Notes: a model not told the origin generated them from the sequence alone. Positions 27,676 to 37,924 are shown, numbered from the stretch's first letter. The stretch is 64,000 nt of DNA from Pseudomonadota bacterium (GCA_005777805.1 SXLG01000092.1:3344-67343), one strand, 5' to 3'. Numbers and translations are program-made.

Positions 27676-29967
27676 TCAGCCGCCCGCCGTGGCGTGCCGC
27701 AGCAGTGGCGCGGGCGGGGCGTGACCGAGGGCCTGGAGAATATGCATCGCCGCGCCGACGGGCCGGCACCTCTCCGCTCGCACGAAGGGGACCTCGGCAG
27801 CGCGGCAGGCGTCGCGGCAGCGGCCCTCTTCGGAGTGCCCGATGAAGGCCGTCGCGGCAAGCACGATCCGGTAGCCCCCCTGACGGATGCGCGCGCAAGC
27901 ATCGTCGATCCTGCCGCTGCCTTCGATCGACAGCCAATCCACATCAAGGCCAAGTTTTTCACGGAGCGCGGTCTGGTTGGTCGGATCGTTCCGGTTGCTC
28001 ACGACGAGGGCGGGCCAGCCGGCGATCAGCGCACGGGCCCGCTCGACCGGCGAAGGCTCGGTGGCTGCCGAGGTGACGCTGTTGCCAGACACCTCCTTCG
28101 GGTTCGCGGGGATCGACGCCCCACGATCGCTGGCGGCAAGATTACCCGCCGCGTCGACCAGACGTTTCTGGATCTTGGCGAGGCGTCTCCTGTCGTTGCG
28201 CTTGCCGAACTGCTCCGGGCCTAGTCCGGCAAGCGCGGTGCGCGCGGCGCGGTTCTGGACGACGACCCCGAACAGTTCGTCGACATGCACCCCCTCCACG
28301 GCGTCCTCGAACCAGCGGACCCACGCCTCGGACGGCGCCCCGTCGGGGGGCAGCGCGGCACGCAGCGCGGGCAGCAAGCGAGCCCGTTCGTGCGCCGCGA
28401 CATTAAACCTTAGCTTTACAGCCCAACCTCCACGCCCGGGCCGGGTGGCCGGGTCGAGCGCGACGCGCAGGGCATGTCTCTTCGGTAGATCCAGCCCGCT
28501 CTCGGCCAGCCGGCGCAACCGCCCCATCGCTCGCCCCCACCGGGCCGGGTCGGGAATCGAGCCCCTGAGCCAGCGCAGTTGATTGGCGAGCCTCGGCAGA
28601 TCGCGGTCGAGTTGATTCTTGTCCTGGGGCAGAAGGTCGGCGTGGCGCCGCACGCCACGCAGCGTGGCTTCGATGGCGTCGAACTCGACCTCGACATCGC
28701 CCAGCCGTGCGGCCGGCGCGGGGTGTAGCGGAACGAGCGCAGCGGCATCGCACCAGCCGTACTCGTCTTCGTTCGCCGCCCGCTCGAGAAGCGCCCGCTC
28801 GGCGTCCCCGGCGACGTCGAGCCAATCGCGGCCCTCGGTCGGGAAGAGTCCACAGGCATCTGCCGGCGTGGTTCCCAGCCTCAGAAGAGGGACATTTCCC
28901 GGCCAGTAGCCCTTCGAGAACTCGTCGAGCCGATGCGCAATCCGCGCAACTTTGGTCTCGACAGAGCGCTGCGGCACCCTGTCCTGCCAGTAGCGGGCAC
29001 GCGCGATCCAGGCGGAGATCTGGCAACGCAGCAGCCGTGGAGCCAGCAGCGCCAGGTCGAGTGCCCCATCGATTTCGGCTTCGACGCCATCCAACTCGGC
29101 CAGCGCCCGGTCGATCTCGGCGCTGGTGGCCCCCGCCCGGCAGAGGCGAGCACCGGTCAGGCCCGACTTGATCTCGGCGCTGGTACCGCGATCCCGGCCG
29201 GACCGATCACCTGCCGAGCCCGACTCGATCTCGGCGTCGGCGCCACCCGCCCGGCCGGACCGAACACCGGTCAGGCCCGGCTCGAGGTCAGCGCCGGTGG
29301 CAGGGGCCGCGTGGCCTTCCGAAGGTCCCGCAGCGTCCCCCCTGGCGGGCGCCGACGTAGTATCGACGGCCCCTCCTGCTGCATCAAGTGCCTTGTCTGT
29401 GGGGCCGGTGCCGGCACTCGTCTCGGTGTCGGAAGTAGCCACGCGGAGGCTCGCCTCCTCGCCAGTGGCGCTCGAGATGGTTTGGCCCGGTGCCGGCGCG
29501 GCCGCCTCCCCGCCGAGTTTGCCGCGCCCGAACTCACCTTCCCCCATCGTCCGTGGAGAAGGGGGCCTTCCTGCGATCTCGCCCGCGCCGGACGGGTGCA
29601 CGTCAAGCGTCCCCGGCGGGAGATCGACTGCGGCGCAGGCCTCGCGCGTGGCACGGTCGAAGAGCGCCCGCGCGAGTCCCGACGGCAGCATGGTCGCCAG
29701 TGCGCTCGCGAGCGCGGCCGGCTCGTCCACGCCGGCGCCACGCCAGGTCTCCCCCGCACGCAGCACAACGCACTCGACCCAGCCCCGCCGTTCGATCCCG
29801 ACGGTGTAGCCATGCCGATGGAGGATCTGCAGAACGTCCGCGCTCGCTACTCCGGCGCCCGGAGTTCCCCGACCGACCTCGGGCCGCATCCCCGCGCCGC
29901 CGTCGCAGGGCACGCCTTCATCGAGATCCGCAGCAGCGCGCGAGACGTCGTCTCCGGGCCCCATCAC
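27676..29967 (-). CDS. Large hypothetical protein (763 aa) with an acidic/Gly-rich repeat region and a C-terminal DUF2325-like domain
   Basis: Coherent long ORF with non-repetitive helical middle text (YWQDRVPQRSVETKVARIAHRLDEFSKGYWPGNVPLL...). The C-terminus, ALVVSNRNDPTNQTALREKLGLDVDWLSIEGSGRIDDACARIRQGGYRIVLAATAFIGHSEEGRCRDACRAAEVPFVRA, matches my recollection of the DUF2325 pattern. Confidence 0.75.
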   Translation of the reverse strand: MMGPGDDVSRAAADLDEGVPCDGGAGMRPEVGRGTPGAGVASADVLQILHRHGYTVGIERRGWVECVVLRAGETWRGAGVDEPAALASALATMLPSGLARALFDRATREACAAVDLPPGTLDVHPSGAGEIAGRPPSPRTMGEGEFGRGKLGGEAAAPAPGQTISSATGEEASLRVATSDTETSAGTGPTDKALDAAGGAVDTTSAPARGDAAGPSEGHAAPATGADLEPGLTGVRSGRAGGADAEIESGSAGDRSGRDRGTSAEIKSGLTGARLCRAGATSAEIDRALAELDGVEAEIDGALDLALLAPRLLRCQISAWIARARYWQDRVPQRSVETKVARIAHRLDEFSKGYWPGNVPLLRLGTTPADACGLFPTEGRDWLDVAGDAERALLERAANEDEYGWCDAAALVPLHPAPAARLGDVEVEFDAIEATLRGVRRHADLLPQDKNQLDRDLPRLANQLRWLRGSIPDPARWGRAMGRLRRLAESGLDLPKRHALRVALDPATRPGRGGWAVKLRFNVAAHERARLLPALRAALPPDGAPSEAWVRWFEDAVEGVHVDELFGVVVQNRAARTALAGLGPEQFGKRNDRRRLAKIQKRLVDAAGNLAASDRGASIPANPKEVSGNSVTSAATEPSPVERARALIAGWPALVVSNRNDPTNQTALREKLGLDVDWLSIEGSGRIDDACARIRQGGYRIVLAATAFIGHSEEGRCRDACRAAEVPFVRAERCRPVGAAMHILQALGHAPPAPLLRHATAGG
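29113..29305. repeat. 57-bp (19-aa) in-frame tandem repeat, about 3.4 copies, inside the 763-aa ORF
   Basis: Units start with gatctcggcg at 29113, 29170 and 29227, and with gaggtcagcg at 29284, an exact 57-bp period. Encoded on the minus strand as ...ADAEIESGSAGDRSGRDRG / TSAEIKSGLTGARLCRAGA / TSAEIDRALAELDG... Confidence 0.85.
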
Positions 29968-30025
29968 GCCAAGGAAGAGATCACTTCATGGGATGACGAT
30001 CAAGCGCGAGTCACTGCTCAGGCTC

Positions 30026-30718
30026 TCAGGCCTCGGGCCGGTCCGCGCCGCGCAGCCACGCTCTTGCCCCAGGATGGGCGAGCGGCACCAGGGCCGCACC
30101 GGTGACGGCGAGGATCGCAATCCAGAAGCGTGGCGAGCCGACGTCGGCGAAGGTCGAACCAAGGGCGGAATACGACCCGGCCCGGACGACGCCGCCGAGC
30201 CCCGCGCCCAGCAGGTAGGGCAGAAAACCCACCCCGACGATACCCGCTGTCCAGAAGAGCCCGGTCATCGGCCCGCCGGGCCAGGCCGTCCCCACAGCCA
30301 CCACCACCGCACCCCCCTCGCGGACCCGCCGGTCGAGCCCAGGAAAGCGCCGCGCCAGTCGCTCGCGCAGGGCATCGCCGGCCAGGCCGCGCGCCAGTCC
30401 GAAGCTCATCGCCGCGGACAGAATCACGCCTGCGGCTCCCAGTGCCGTGCCGAGCCAGGGACCGAAGATCAGCCCGCCGATGGAAAGCAACACGACGGAA
30501 GGCAGGAGCAGAAACTGCCGACAGCTCACGAGCCCGACGAAGGCCGCCGGAGCGAGCCAGCCGGCGTTCAGCACACGGGCCTGCAACTCGCCCAAGTCAA
30601 GCCCGAGGCCGAGACGCTGGCGCACCCAGGCGCCCGTCGCAAAAGCACCGAGCACCAGCACCGCCGCCATGATTCGCCCGGTCCGTCCCATTCGCCCGCC
30701 GTCTCCTCGCCTGCACAT
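30026..30718 (-). CDS. DedA / TVP38-TMEM64 family membrane protein
   Basis: Family-typical text: FLLLPSVVLLSIGGLIFGPWLGTALGAAGVILSAAMSFGLARGLAGDALRERL, with multiple TM helices. Start uncertain (30718, 30691 or 30670). Confidence 0.8.
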   Translation of the reverse strand: MCRRGDGGRMGRTGRIMAAVLVLGAFATGAWVRQRLGLGLDLGELQARVLNAGWLAPAAFVGLVSCRQFLLLPSVVLLSIGGLIFGPWLGTALGAAGVILSAAMSFGLARGLAGDALRERLARRFPGLDRRVREGGAVVVAVGTAWPGGPMTGLFWTAGIVGVGFLPYLLGAGLGGVVRAGSYSALGSTFADVGSPRFWIAILAVTGAALVPLAHPGARAWLRGADRPEA

Positions 30719-31032
30719 CGGGAGATCCGCGCCCGATCGTTACAGCCCGGAGAGAGGTGGGCAATCCCGTTCGGGTGGCCGCAAGCCCGCGCACGCGAAC
30801 CGCCACGGGTGCAGGGCGTGGGCAGCCCCGCTCGAGTGGCGACTCCCTGCGTCCGCCTCGGCGCGTGGCCGCGGAGGCAGCGCCGCGCAATTACCCCACG
30901 CCGTTCGCTTGCTCGCGTGCCGACCCTCGGTTGCTCTCGAGCGCGCCTACCGCACCGGTTCGGGCGATCTGTCCGAACGATCTGCCCGTTCGTTTGCTCG
31001 CGTGCCGGACCTCGGGTAGCGAATTCGGCACG

Positions 31033-31440
31033 ATGGTCATCACCGCGCCTCCCGGCCCCTTCATTCGCGCGGAAGTCGCGCGGCGTGCTTGGCAAGCGGT
31101 CTCGGAGGCCGACGTCGAGGCGCTGGCCCGCGCGTCCACCGAGAACATCGTGTGGCACGCCGCCGGGCGCGGCCCGCGCTCGGGCGACTACCGGGGCCGG
31201 CGCGAGGTGCTCGACTACCTGGCCTCGCTCGGCGACGCGACCGAGCGTTTCGACCTCGACCTGGAGGACGTTCTGGTTGGCGACGCCCTGACCGCGATCG
31301 TGCTCGGCCTCAAGGGGCGCCGCGCGGACCGCGAGGTCGAGACCGGCTCGATCCTGCTGCTGCGCTTCGAGGGGCTCCGGGTGGCCGAGGTCTGGGCCGT
31401 GCCGCGCGATCAGATGGCGATCGACGAGTTCTGGTCGTGA
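31033..31440 (+). CDS. SnoaL-like / NTF2-fold protein
   Basis: ATG at 31033 inside track ORF 30757..31440. Text: ARRAWQAVSEADVEALARASTENIVWHAAGRGPRSGDYRGRREVLDYL...GLRVAEVWAVPRDQ. The stop overlaps the next start (GTGA at 31437-31440). Confidence 0.7.
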   Translation: MVITAPPGPFIRAEVARRAWQAVSEADVEALARASTENIVWHAAGRGPRSGDYRGRREVLDYLASLGDATERFDLDLEDVLVGDALTAIVLGLKGRRADREVETGSILLLRFEGLRVAEVWAVPRDQMAIDEFWS

Positions 31441-31904
31441 CACCGGCGGGGCGGCGCTTCTCCCTCGAGGAAATCGCCGATCGCCTCGAGATTCAGGACC
31501 TCGTCCTGCGCTACGCGACCGCGATCGACACCCACGAATGGGCGCTGCTCGACGAGGTCTTCACCGCCGATGCCGTCTGCGATTACACCGAGTCGGGTGG
31601 GATCGCCGGAGCGTGGCCAGAGGTCCGCCCCTGGCTCGAGCGGGTCGTGCCGACGCTGCGGGAGAAGCTCCATCTGGTCGGCGCGCCCTTCCTGCGCTTC
31701 GACGGCGAACGCGGGCGCGCGACCGGCCGGACCGCGCTCTACAATCCTAACGCCGTGCCCTTGCCCGACGGCTCGCGCCGCTCGATCGTGGTCGCGGGCT
31801 GCTACGAGGATGAGTTCGTCCGCACGCCTCTCGGCTGGCGTATCGCCCGACGCGTCGAGCGCCAATCGGTGCGTGACGAGAGGCGCGACCCACCCCGCGC
31901 CTGA
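31437..31904 (+). CDS. SnoaL_4-like / NTF2-fold protein
   Basis: GTG at 31437 inside track ORF 31089..31904. Text: LEEIADRLEIQDLVLRYATAIDTHEWALLDEVFTADAVCDY...GCYEDEFVRTPLGWRIARR. Confidence 0.7.
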   Translation: MTPAGRRFSLEEIADRLEIQDLVLRYATAIDTHEWALLDEVFTADAVCDYTESGGIAGAWPEVRPWLERVVPTLREKLHLVGAPFLRFDGERGRATGRTALYNPNAVPLPDGSRRSIVVAGCYEDEFVRTPLGWRIARRVERQSVRDERRDPPRA

Positions 31905-32018
31905 AGCCACGCTCGCCGCGCAGCCTTCGCGTGCTCATCGCCGCGATCGGAATGCGCGCGCCGCCACGCGCCCGAAACCGCAGGGCTCCTGCCGCACGCG
32001 GCAGGACGGAGGAGGCCG

Positions 32019-33323
32019 CTACAGGCCCCGCCCCACCAGGGCGTCGATCTCTCCTGCGCTCAAGCCGAGCCAATCGCCGTAGACCTCGTGGTTGTGCTCG
32101 CCGAGTCGCGGCGCGCCGCCGCGGATGGCACCCGGCGTCGCCGAGAATCGCGGGTAGACCCCCTGCATCCGGACCGCACCGAGCACGGGATCGTCCACCG
32201 TCACCACATCACCACGGGCGGCGATGTGCGGGTCACTACAAATATCTGCCACGCTGTAGGCCCGCGCGAAAGGCACCCCAGCCGCAACGGCGAGACGTTC
32301 GATCTCGGCCGCCGGATGCGCCCGGCACCAATCGGCGACGATGCCGTTGATCTCGCCGGCGTGTGCCACCCGTGCGGTCAGCGTCGCGAAGCGCGGCTCG
32401 GCGAGCAGATCCTCGCGCTGCATCAACTTCGCCAAGCGCGGGAAGAGCCCGTCGCCGGCGGCGATCAGACTGACCCAGTGGCCGTCGGCGGTCTGCCAGT
32501 TGTCGAGCGGCGCCGAGTTGGCGAGCTGGTTGCCCGTGCGCTCGCGCACCACGCCGAGCCGGTCATACGCCGTGACCGTGTGCTCGAGAATACGCAGGAT
32601 CGATCCGTAGAGCGAAAGATCAATGGTCTGGCCGGGGCGTTCGCCGGGCGGCCGCTCACCCCCCGCCCGGTCGCGATGCCAGAGTGCCATCATGATCGCG
32701 AGCGCATTGAAGGTGCCGGTCAGATAGTCGGCGAGAATGATCCCCGGCCGCACCGGCGGGCGCTCGGGATAGCCAGTCAGGTATAATATACCGCCCATCG
32801 CGATGCCGTTGCGGTCGAGTCCGGGCCGGTCGCGGTAAGGGCCGGTCTGGCCGTACACGCTGACGCGCGAGAGGATGAGCCGCGGGTTCTCGGCGTGCAG
32901 CACCTCGGGGCCAATCCCCCAACCTTCGAGCGTGCCCGGCTGAAAGTTCTCGACCACGACGTCGGCCACCTGAGCCAGGCGCCGCAGCAGTGCCTGCCCC
33001 TCGGGCCGGCGCAGATCGAGCGTGATGGACTTCTTGTTACGACCTTCGACCGCCCACCACAGGGAGTAGCCGTCGGCGAACGGGCCGATGCCGCGCATGA
33101 AGTCGCCCGTGCCCGGCTGCTCGACCTTGACCACCTCGGCGCCAAAATCGGCGAGCAGGGTCGCGGCAAAGGGCGCGCCGATGCGAGTGCCGAGGTCGAG
33201 GATGCGCAGGCCAGCGAGGGGCCCCGGCGCCGGCCCCTCCCCTGCACCCGAGGGGGCGGGAAGGCTCACCGTGCCGCCCCTCCCCCGTACGCCCGGCCGC
33301 ATGCGCAACCGTTGTGACGGCAC
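32019..33323 (-). CDS. Family III CoA-transferase (CaiB/BaiF-like)
   Basis: Text: PLAGLRILDLGTRIGAPFAATLLADFGAEVVKVEQPGTGDFMR...ADVVVENFQPGTLEGWG...GDVVTVDDPVLGAVRMQG. Start uncertain (33323, 33302 or GTG 33269). Confidence 0.9.
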   Translation of the reverse strand: MPSQRLRMRPGVRGRGGTVSLPAPSGAGEGPAPGPLAGLRILDLGTRIGAPFAATLLADFGAEVVKVEQPGTGDFMRGIGPFADGYSLWWAVEGRNKKSITLDLRRPEGQALLRRLAQVADVVVENFQPGTLEGWGIGPEVLHAENPRLILSRVSVYGQTGPYRDRPGLDRNGIAMGGILYLTGYPERPPVRPGIILADYLTGTFNALAIMMALWHRDRAGGERPPGERPGQTIDLSLYGSILRILEHTVTAYDRLGVVRERTGNQLANSAPLDNWQTADGHWVSLIAAGDGLFPRLAKLMQREDLLAEPRFATLTARVAHAGEINGIVADWCRAHPAAEIERLAVAAGVPFARAYSVADICSDPHIAARGDVVTVDDPVLGAVRMQGVYPRFSATPGAIRGGAPRLGEHNHEVYGDWLGLSAGEIDALVGRGL

Positions 33324-33408
33324 TTCTCCAACCCAGGGAGTCGCGTCACCCCGCGCGCGTGCGCTCGGCCGCGTGAGCCGCCCCGGCGCCCTCTGCCCTC
33401 GTTCCCGA

Positions 33409-34575
33409 TCATGCGCGCGGCAACCCCAGTGCCCGTTGCGCGATGAGGTTGCGTTGGATCTCGTTGGAGCCGGCGAAGATGCTGGCCGCGCGGTAGTAAA
33501 GCCAGGATCGCGCGAGCCGGCCGCCGGCGATGGCGTGCGGCCCCTCCCACAGGGCCGCGGCCGGACCGTGCACCTCCATCACCACGTCATGCATGCGCTG
33601 GCTCATTTCACTCCAGTAGAGCTTGATGAACGAACTCTCGGGCCCGAGCTTCTCGCCACGCACGATGCGCGTGAGCGTGCGCAGGTTGTTGAGACGCGCC
33701 AGTTCGACCTCGATCGCGCATTGCGCGACGCGATCGCGCCGGACGGCGTCGCCACCACGTTCGGCCACGAGTTTCCTGAGCGAGTCGAGCAACATGCGAT
33801 GGATCACGAGCTGGCGCGGCGAGGTGCCCCGCTCGTGCGCCAGCGTCGTCTGGGCAATCGCCCAGCCGCCGCCGGGTTCGCCGATCAGGTTCTCGCGCGG
33901 CACCTCGACATCTTCGAGCAGGACTTCGTTGAATTCGCTGGATCCCGTCATCTGGCGAAGCGGTCGCACCTCGATTCCCGGCGAGTGCATATCGACGACC
34001 AGATACGAGATGCCGCGTGCGCCCCGCGTGGCCGGGTCCGTGCGCGCCAGCAGGATGCCGTAATCGGCGTATTGCGCCCAGCTCGTCCAGACCTTGCGCC
34101 CGTTCACGATGAAGCGGTCACCGCGCAGTTCGGCGCGGGTCGCGAGCGCCGTCAGGTCAGAGCCGGCACCTGGCTCCGAGAAGAGCTGGCACCAGATGTC
34201 GTCGGCGGAGAGAATGCGCGCGAGCCAGCGCTCGCGATGGGCCGGGGTGCCGTGCCGCATCAGCGAGGGACCGACCAGATTGACACCGATCCGGTTGATG
34301 AGCTCGGGCGCACGCGCCGCCGCCATCTCCTCCTGCAGGACGAAGTTCTCCTCGGGCCCGGCACCGCGGCCGCCGTACTCGACCGGCCAGTGCACGCCGG
34401 CCCAGCGAGCCGCGGCGAGCTGGCGCTGCCAGGCGCGATGGAACTCGAACTCTTCGTCGAGCGTCGCGAACTCGCGCTCGTCGCCCAGGCCAAAGCCGCC
34501 CGGCGTGTGCGCGACGAGCCAGGCCCGCAGCTCGCTGCGGAAGGCACAGGCCGCAGCCGAGAAGCGCAGCTCCAT
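33409..34575 (-). CDS. Acyl-CoA dehydrogenase family protein
   Basis: ATG at 34575 (MELRFSAAACAFRSELRAWL). Text: WCQLFSEPGAGSDLTALATRAELRGDRFIVNGRKVWTSWAQYADYGILLARTD...GISYLVVDMHSPGIEVRPL...IFAGSNEIQRNLIAQRALGLP. Same strand as, and 85 nt upstream of, the CoA-transferase. Confidence 0.9.
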   Translation of the reverse strand: MELRFSAAACAFRSELRAWLVAHTPGGFGLGDEREFATLDEEFEFHRAWQRQLAAARWAGVHWPVEYGGRGAGPEENFVLQEEMAAARAPELINRIGVNLVGPSLMRHGTPAHRERWLARILSADDIWCQLFSEPGAGSDLTALATRAELRGDRFIVNGRKVWTSWAQYADYGILLARTDPATRGARGISYLVVDMHSPGIEVRPLRQMTGSSEFNEVLLEDVEVPRENLIGEPGGGWAIAQTTLAHERGTSPRQLVIHRMLLDSLRKLVAERGGDAVRRDRVAQCAIEVELARLNNLRTLTRIVRGEKLGPESSFIKLYWSEMSQRMHDVVMEVHGPAAALWEGPHAIAGGRLARSWLYYRAASIFAGSNEIQRNLIAQRALGLPRA

Positions 34576-35014
34576 GCCGGCGAGGATTAGGCGGCAGACC
34601 CGGGGCTCGCAAACGCGGCGTGCGGCGGGGCGCGAGCTCCCCGCGCCTCGCCGCACGCCCGTGGACAGCCGCGTGCGGACGGCTCCCGCTCAAGCCGCGG
34701 AAGTCACGCCATGGTCGATCCACGACAGAACCCAGAGCCCGCAGGGATCTCGCCCCCACGGATGATGACGGCGGGCCCCGGCTCGAAGCCGATCGCAACG
34801 GACCACGTTGCCGCCGCGGTGCGAGAATCGATCACCATCGAGGCAGCGAAATCGCGACTCAGGCCCTGGAGCCGTGCCACGAGATGGGTCGTGTTGCCTG
34901 CTCTTGCAGGTCTGCCAGATCCCAAGGGGGCCGGTGTCCCGGAATCCGGGCCGTTGCTGGCAGGTGCCTTGCCCCCTCCGGCAGGGCTCGACAGGTAGGG
35001 GGCGGCGGGACGGG

Positions 35015-37924
35015 ATGCGACGATTCAAGGACGGCAGACGGGGTGCGTGCGGGTCCGCGCGGCAGGCCAAGGGGCTCATGGCCGGTCTTGCGGCCGTGGC
35101 CGCGTGCCTGTTCGGGGGGATACCCGCGACTGCACGCGCCGCAGTGCTCGAATCGATCGAGGTCCGGCCGGCCACGCTGACGCTCGCCCCCGGCGCGACG
35201 CGCGACTACGGCGCCATCGGCCACTTCTCGGACGGCTCGACCCAGAACCTCACGCCAGCGGTCGAATGGACCACGGGCAGTTCGCGCCACGCCACGGCCT
35301 CCAACGACGCCGGCAGTCTCGGCCGCGTCAGCGCCCGCGCGCCCGGCCAGACCGAGGTCCGAGCCACGCTGACCCATGGCACCACACGCACCCGCGGCAC
35401 CGCCCAGCTCTCCGTGGACGGTGGCGCCATCGTCGAGCTCACGACCCGCCCGTCGAGCAAGTCGCTCGAGGTTGGCTTGACAAAAACCTTCTCGGTGCGC
35501 GCACGCTGGGCGAGCGGCTGGGAGGACAAACTCACCGACGGCGTCGTCTGGTCGTCAAGCGATCCGGGCATCGCGCGCATCGCCGGTCAGGACGCCGAAT
35601 CCGCCGTGGTCGAGGCGCTGCGCACCGGCACGGTGACGATCACAGCACACCACGCCGCAAGCGGGCGCAGCAACACCGATGGTGCGACCTCCGTGCGGGC
35701 CCGGGTCGAGCGCATCGCGATCGAACCTGCCCGGACCGTCCTCGGCGCCAACATGCTGAGCCATCTCGAGGTGCGCGCGTTCCGGGCCGACGGCTCGACC
35801 AGCGTCGTCACCGACGAAGTCGAGTGGACGCTCGACCGTGGTGATGTGATCTGGCTCGCGACCGAGCCGGGCAACGAGGGCGCGATCCGCGCGCGCGCCA
35901 ACGGCGAGGTCCGCATCACGGCCCGCGACCCGGCGCGCAACCTCTCGACCGCAACCGGCGGCGACGCCACGGTGCGGGTCGCGGGACGGCTGACCGAGCT
36001 GCGCGTCACGCCCGAGCCCTTGCGGATCACCGCCGGTAGCGCGCGCAACGCCGCCGCCATCGGAGTGTTGAGCTCGGGCGAGTTGACCGGCGATCTGCGC
36101 GAAGAGGTGGCGTGGGCGGTGACCGACCCGACCATCGCCACCGTCGATTCGAGCACCGACGATCGCGGGCGCGTCACGGGCCTGCGCGCGGGCACCACCA
36201 CGCTGCGCGCCCGAGACGTCTGGACCGGCGTCGCGTCGAGCGCGGTCGACAACCTCGTGGTGCGCGGCGAGCTGCGGAGCCTCGTGGTCGAGCCGCGCGA
36301 TCTCACCGTGCCGCGCGGCGTTCGCTTGCCGCTGCGGGCCTACGGCGTGCGCAGCGACGACACGCGCAGCAACCTGACCTCTCAGGCCGAGTGGACGAGT
36401 TCCGACCCAGCGGTGGTCGCCATCGACGCAGCGGGCGTGGCCCGCGCCGTCGGCGAGGGCACGGCCCGCATCGAGGCGCGCGATCCCACCTCGGGCCTCG
36501 CCTCGGCGGCGACCGGCGGCGGCGCGATCGTGCGCGTCGCGGGCGAATTGCTCGCGCTGCGCATTGACCCCGCACCGCTGCGCGTCGGCGTCGGCGCGAC
36601 GCGCAAAGCCGCGGCCTACGGCACGCTCTCGACCGGCGGCGAATCGGGGGACCTGCGTGAAGCACTCGAATGGAGCGTCGGCGATCCGGAGCTGGCACGC
36701 GTCGGCGACGGCACGGGCGAACTCGACCGCGGCGAGGTCCTGGGACTCACCGCCGGGTGGACCACGCTGGTGGCGCGGGATCCCGCATCGGGCATCGAAT
36801 CCACGACGAGCGAGAACCTCTGGGTGCAAGGGGAACTGCGCGACGTCGACATCGAGGCCGGCAACGACGGCGTGCTGCCCCAGGGCGTGGCGATCGAGTT
36901 CAAGGCTCGCGGCACCTATACCGACGCCACAACGGGCAACGTCACCGACAAATGCCGCTGGTCGTCGGACAACCCGACCGTCGCGACGGTCGACGACGAG
37001 CCGCCGGGCCGCGGCACCGTAGTCGGGCTCCGGCTGGGACGACAAACCACGATCCGGGTCGACTGCAACGGCCGACTCGACGCCAGCGAAGTCACGGTCG
37101 TCGGCGACATGCTCTCGCTCGCGATCGATCCTGCGAGCTACGCCGGACGAGCTTTCCGCAGCAGACGCTTCCGGGCCTGGGCCACCTGGACCGGCGGCAG
37201 CGAGCCGACCGACGCCTCGCGCCAGGTGGCGTGGCTCTCCACCAGCCCCCGCGTCGCGCGACTCACCGGCGAGGACCCGGGTGTGGTGGAGTTCGTCGGC
37301 AACGGCACAGCGCAAATCGTCGCCACGGCGGCGTCGGGTCATTCGGCTGTGGCCGAGGTCCGGGTCAGCGGCGGCCTGCGCGAAATCGCCATCGTCCCCG
37401 ACCGCGCGACGATGCGCGGCTCGAGCGGCCGCTACCTGCAAGCGATCGGCACGCTGGACGACGGCCGCGAGATCAACGTCACGCACGCAGTCGAGTTGAC
37501 GTCCAGCAACCAGACGATCGTCCGGCCCTGGCCCGGCGAGGACCGGCCGGCACTCGTATTGACGGGCAACGCCAGCGGCCAGGCGACGGTCACCGCACGC
37601 CACCCGAGCGGCCTCGAGGCGCGGGCGACGATCGAGGTGACAAGCCTCCTCGAGAGTCTGTCGATGCGGCCCACGAGCCGGACGCTGCCGCCGGGCCGCT
37701 CGCACCGGGTGCTGGTGCTGGGCCGCTACTCCGACGGCACGAGCACGCCCGTCACGCCTTTCGTCGAGTTGCGCTCGAGCGACCCGAGCGTCGTCACGGT
37801 GAGCAACGAATTCGAGCATCCCGGACGCATCACGGCGATCGGACCGGGGGTCGCACGGATCACGGCGCGCGACCCGGCCTCGGGCCGCGAGTCGGCCGGC
37901 GCGACCGTGGTCGAGGTCCGCTGA
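35015..37924 (+). CDS. Secreted protein made of about 10-11 tandem bacterial Ig-like (Big_2) domains
   Basis: ATG at 35015 inside track ORF 34808..37924, with a signal-like LMAGLAAVAACLFGGIPATARA. Repeating unit: L.SIEV.P....L..G.t....A.G.fsDGst.dvT..v.W.SSdp.vA.v...G.v.a...G.t.I.A. Confidence 0.85.
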   Translation: MRRFKDGRRGACGSARQAKGLMAGLAAVAACLFGGIPATARAAVLESIEVRPATLTLAPGATRDYGAIGHFSDGSTQNLTPAVEWTTGSSRHATASNDAGSLGRVSARAPGQTEVRATLTHGTTRTRGTAQLSVDGGAIVELTTRPSSKSLEVGLTKTFSVRARWASGWEDKLTDGVVWSSSDPGIARIAGQDAESAVVEALRTGTVTITAHHAASGRSNTDGATSVRARVERIAIEPARTVLGANMLSHLEVRAFRADGSTSVVTDEVEWTLDRGDVIWLATEPGNEGAIRARANGEVRITARDPARNLSTATGGDATVRVAGRLTELRVTPEPLRITAGSARNAAAIGVLSSGELTGDLREEVAWAVTDPTIATVDSSTDDRGRVTGLRAGTTTLRARDVWTGVASSAVDNLVVRGELRSLVVEPRDLTVPRGVRLPLRAYGVRSDDTRSNLTSQAEWTSSDPAVVAIDAAGVARAVGEGTARIEARDPTSGLASAATGGGAIVRVAGELLALRIDPAPLRVGVGATRKAAAYGTLSTGGESGDLREALEWSVGDPELARVGDGTGELDRGEVLGLTAGWTTLVARDPASGIESTTSENLWVQGELRDVDIEAGNDGVLPQGVAIEFKARGTYTDATTGNVTDKCRWSSDNPTVATVDDEPPGRGTVVGLRLGRQTTIRVDCNGRLDASEVTVVGDMLSLAIDPASYAGRAFRSRRFRAWATWTGGSEPTDASRQVAWLSTSPRVARLTGEDPGVVEFVGNGTAQIVATAASGHSAVAEVRVSGGLREIAIVPDRATMRGSSGRYLQAIGTLDDGREINVTHAVELTSSNQTIVRPWPGEDRPALVLTGNASGQATVTARHPSGLEARATIEVTSLLESLSMRPTSRTLPPGRSHRVLVLGRYSDGTSTPVTPFVELRSSDPSVVTVSNEFEHPGRITAIGPGVARITARDPASGRESAGATVVEVR

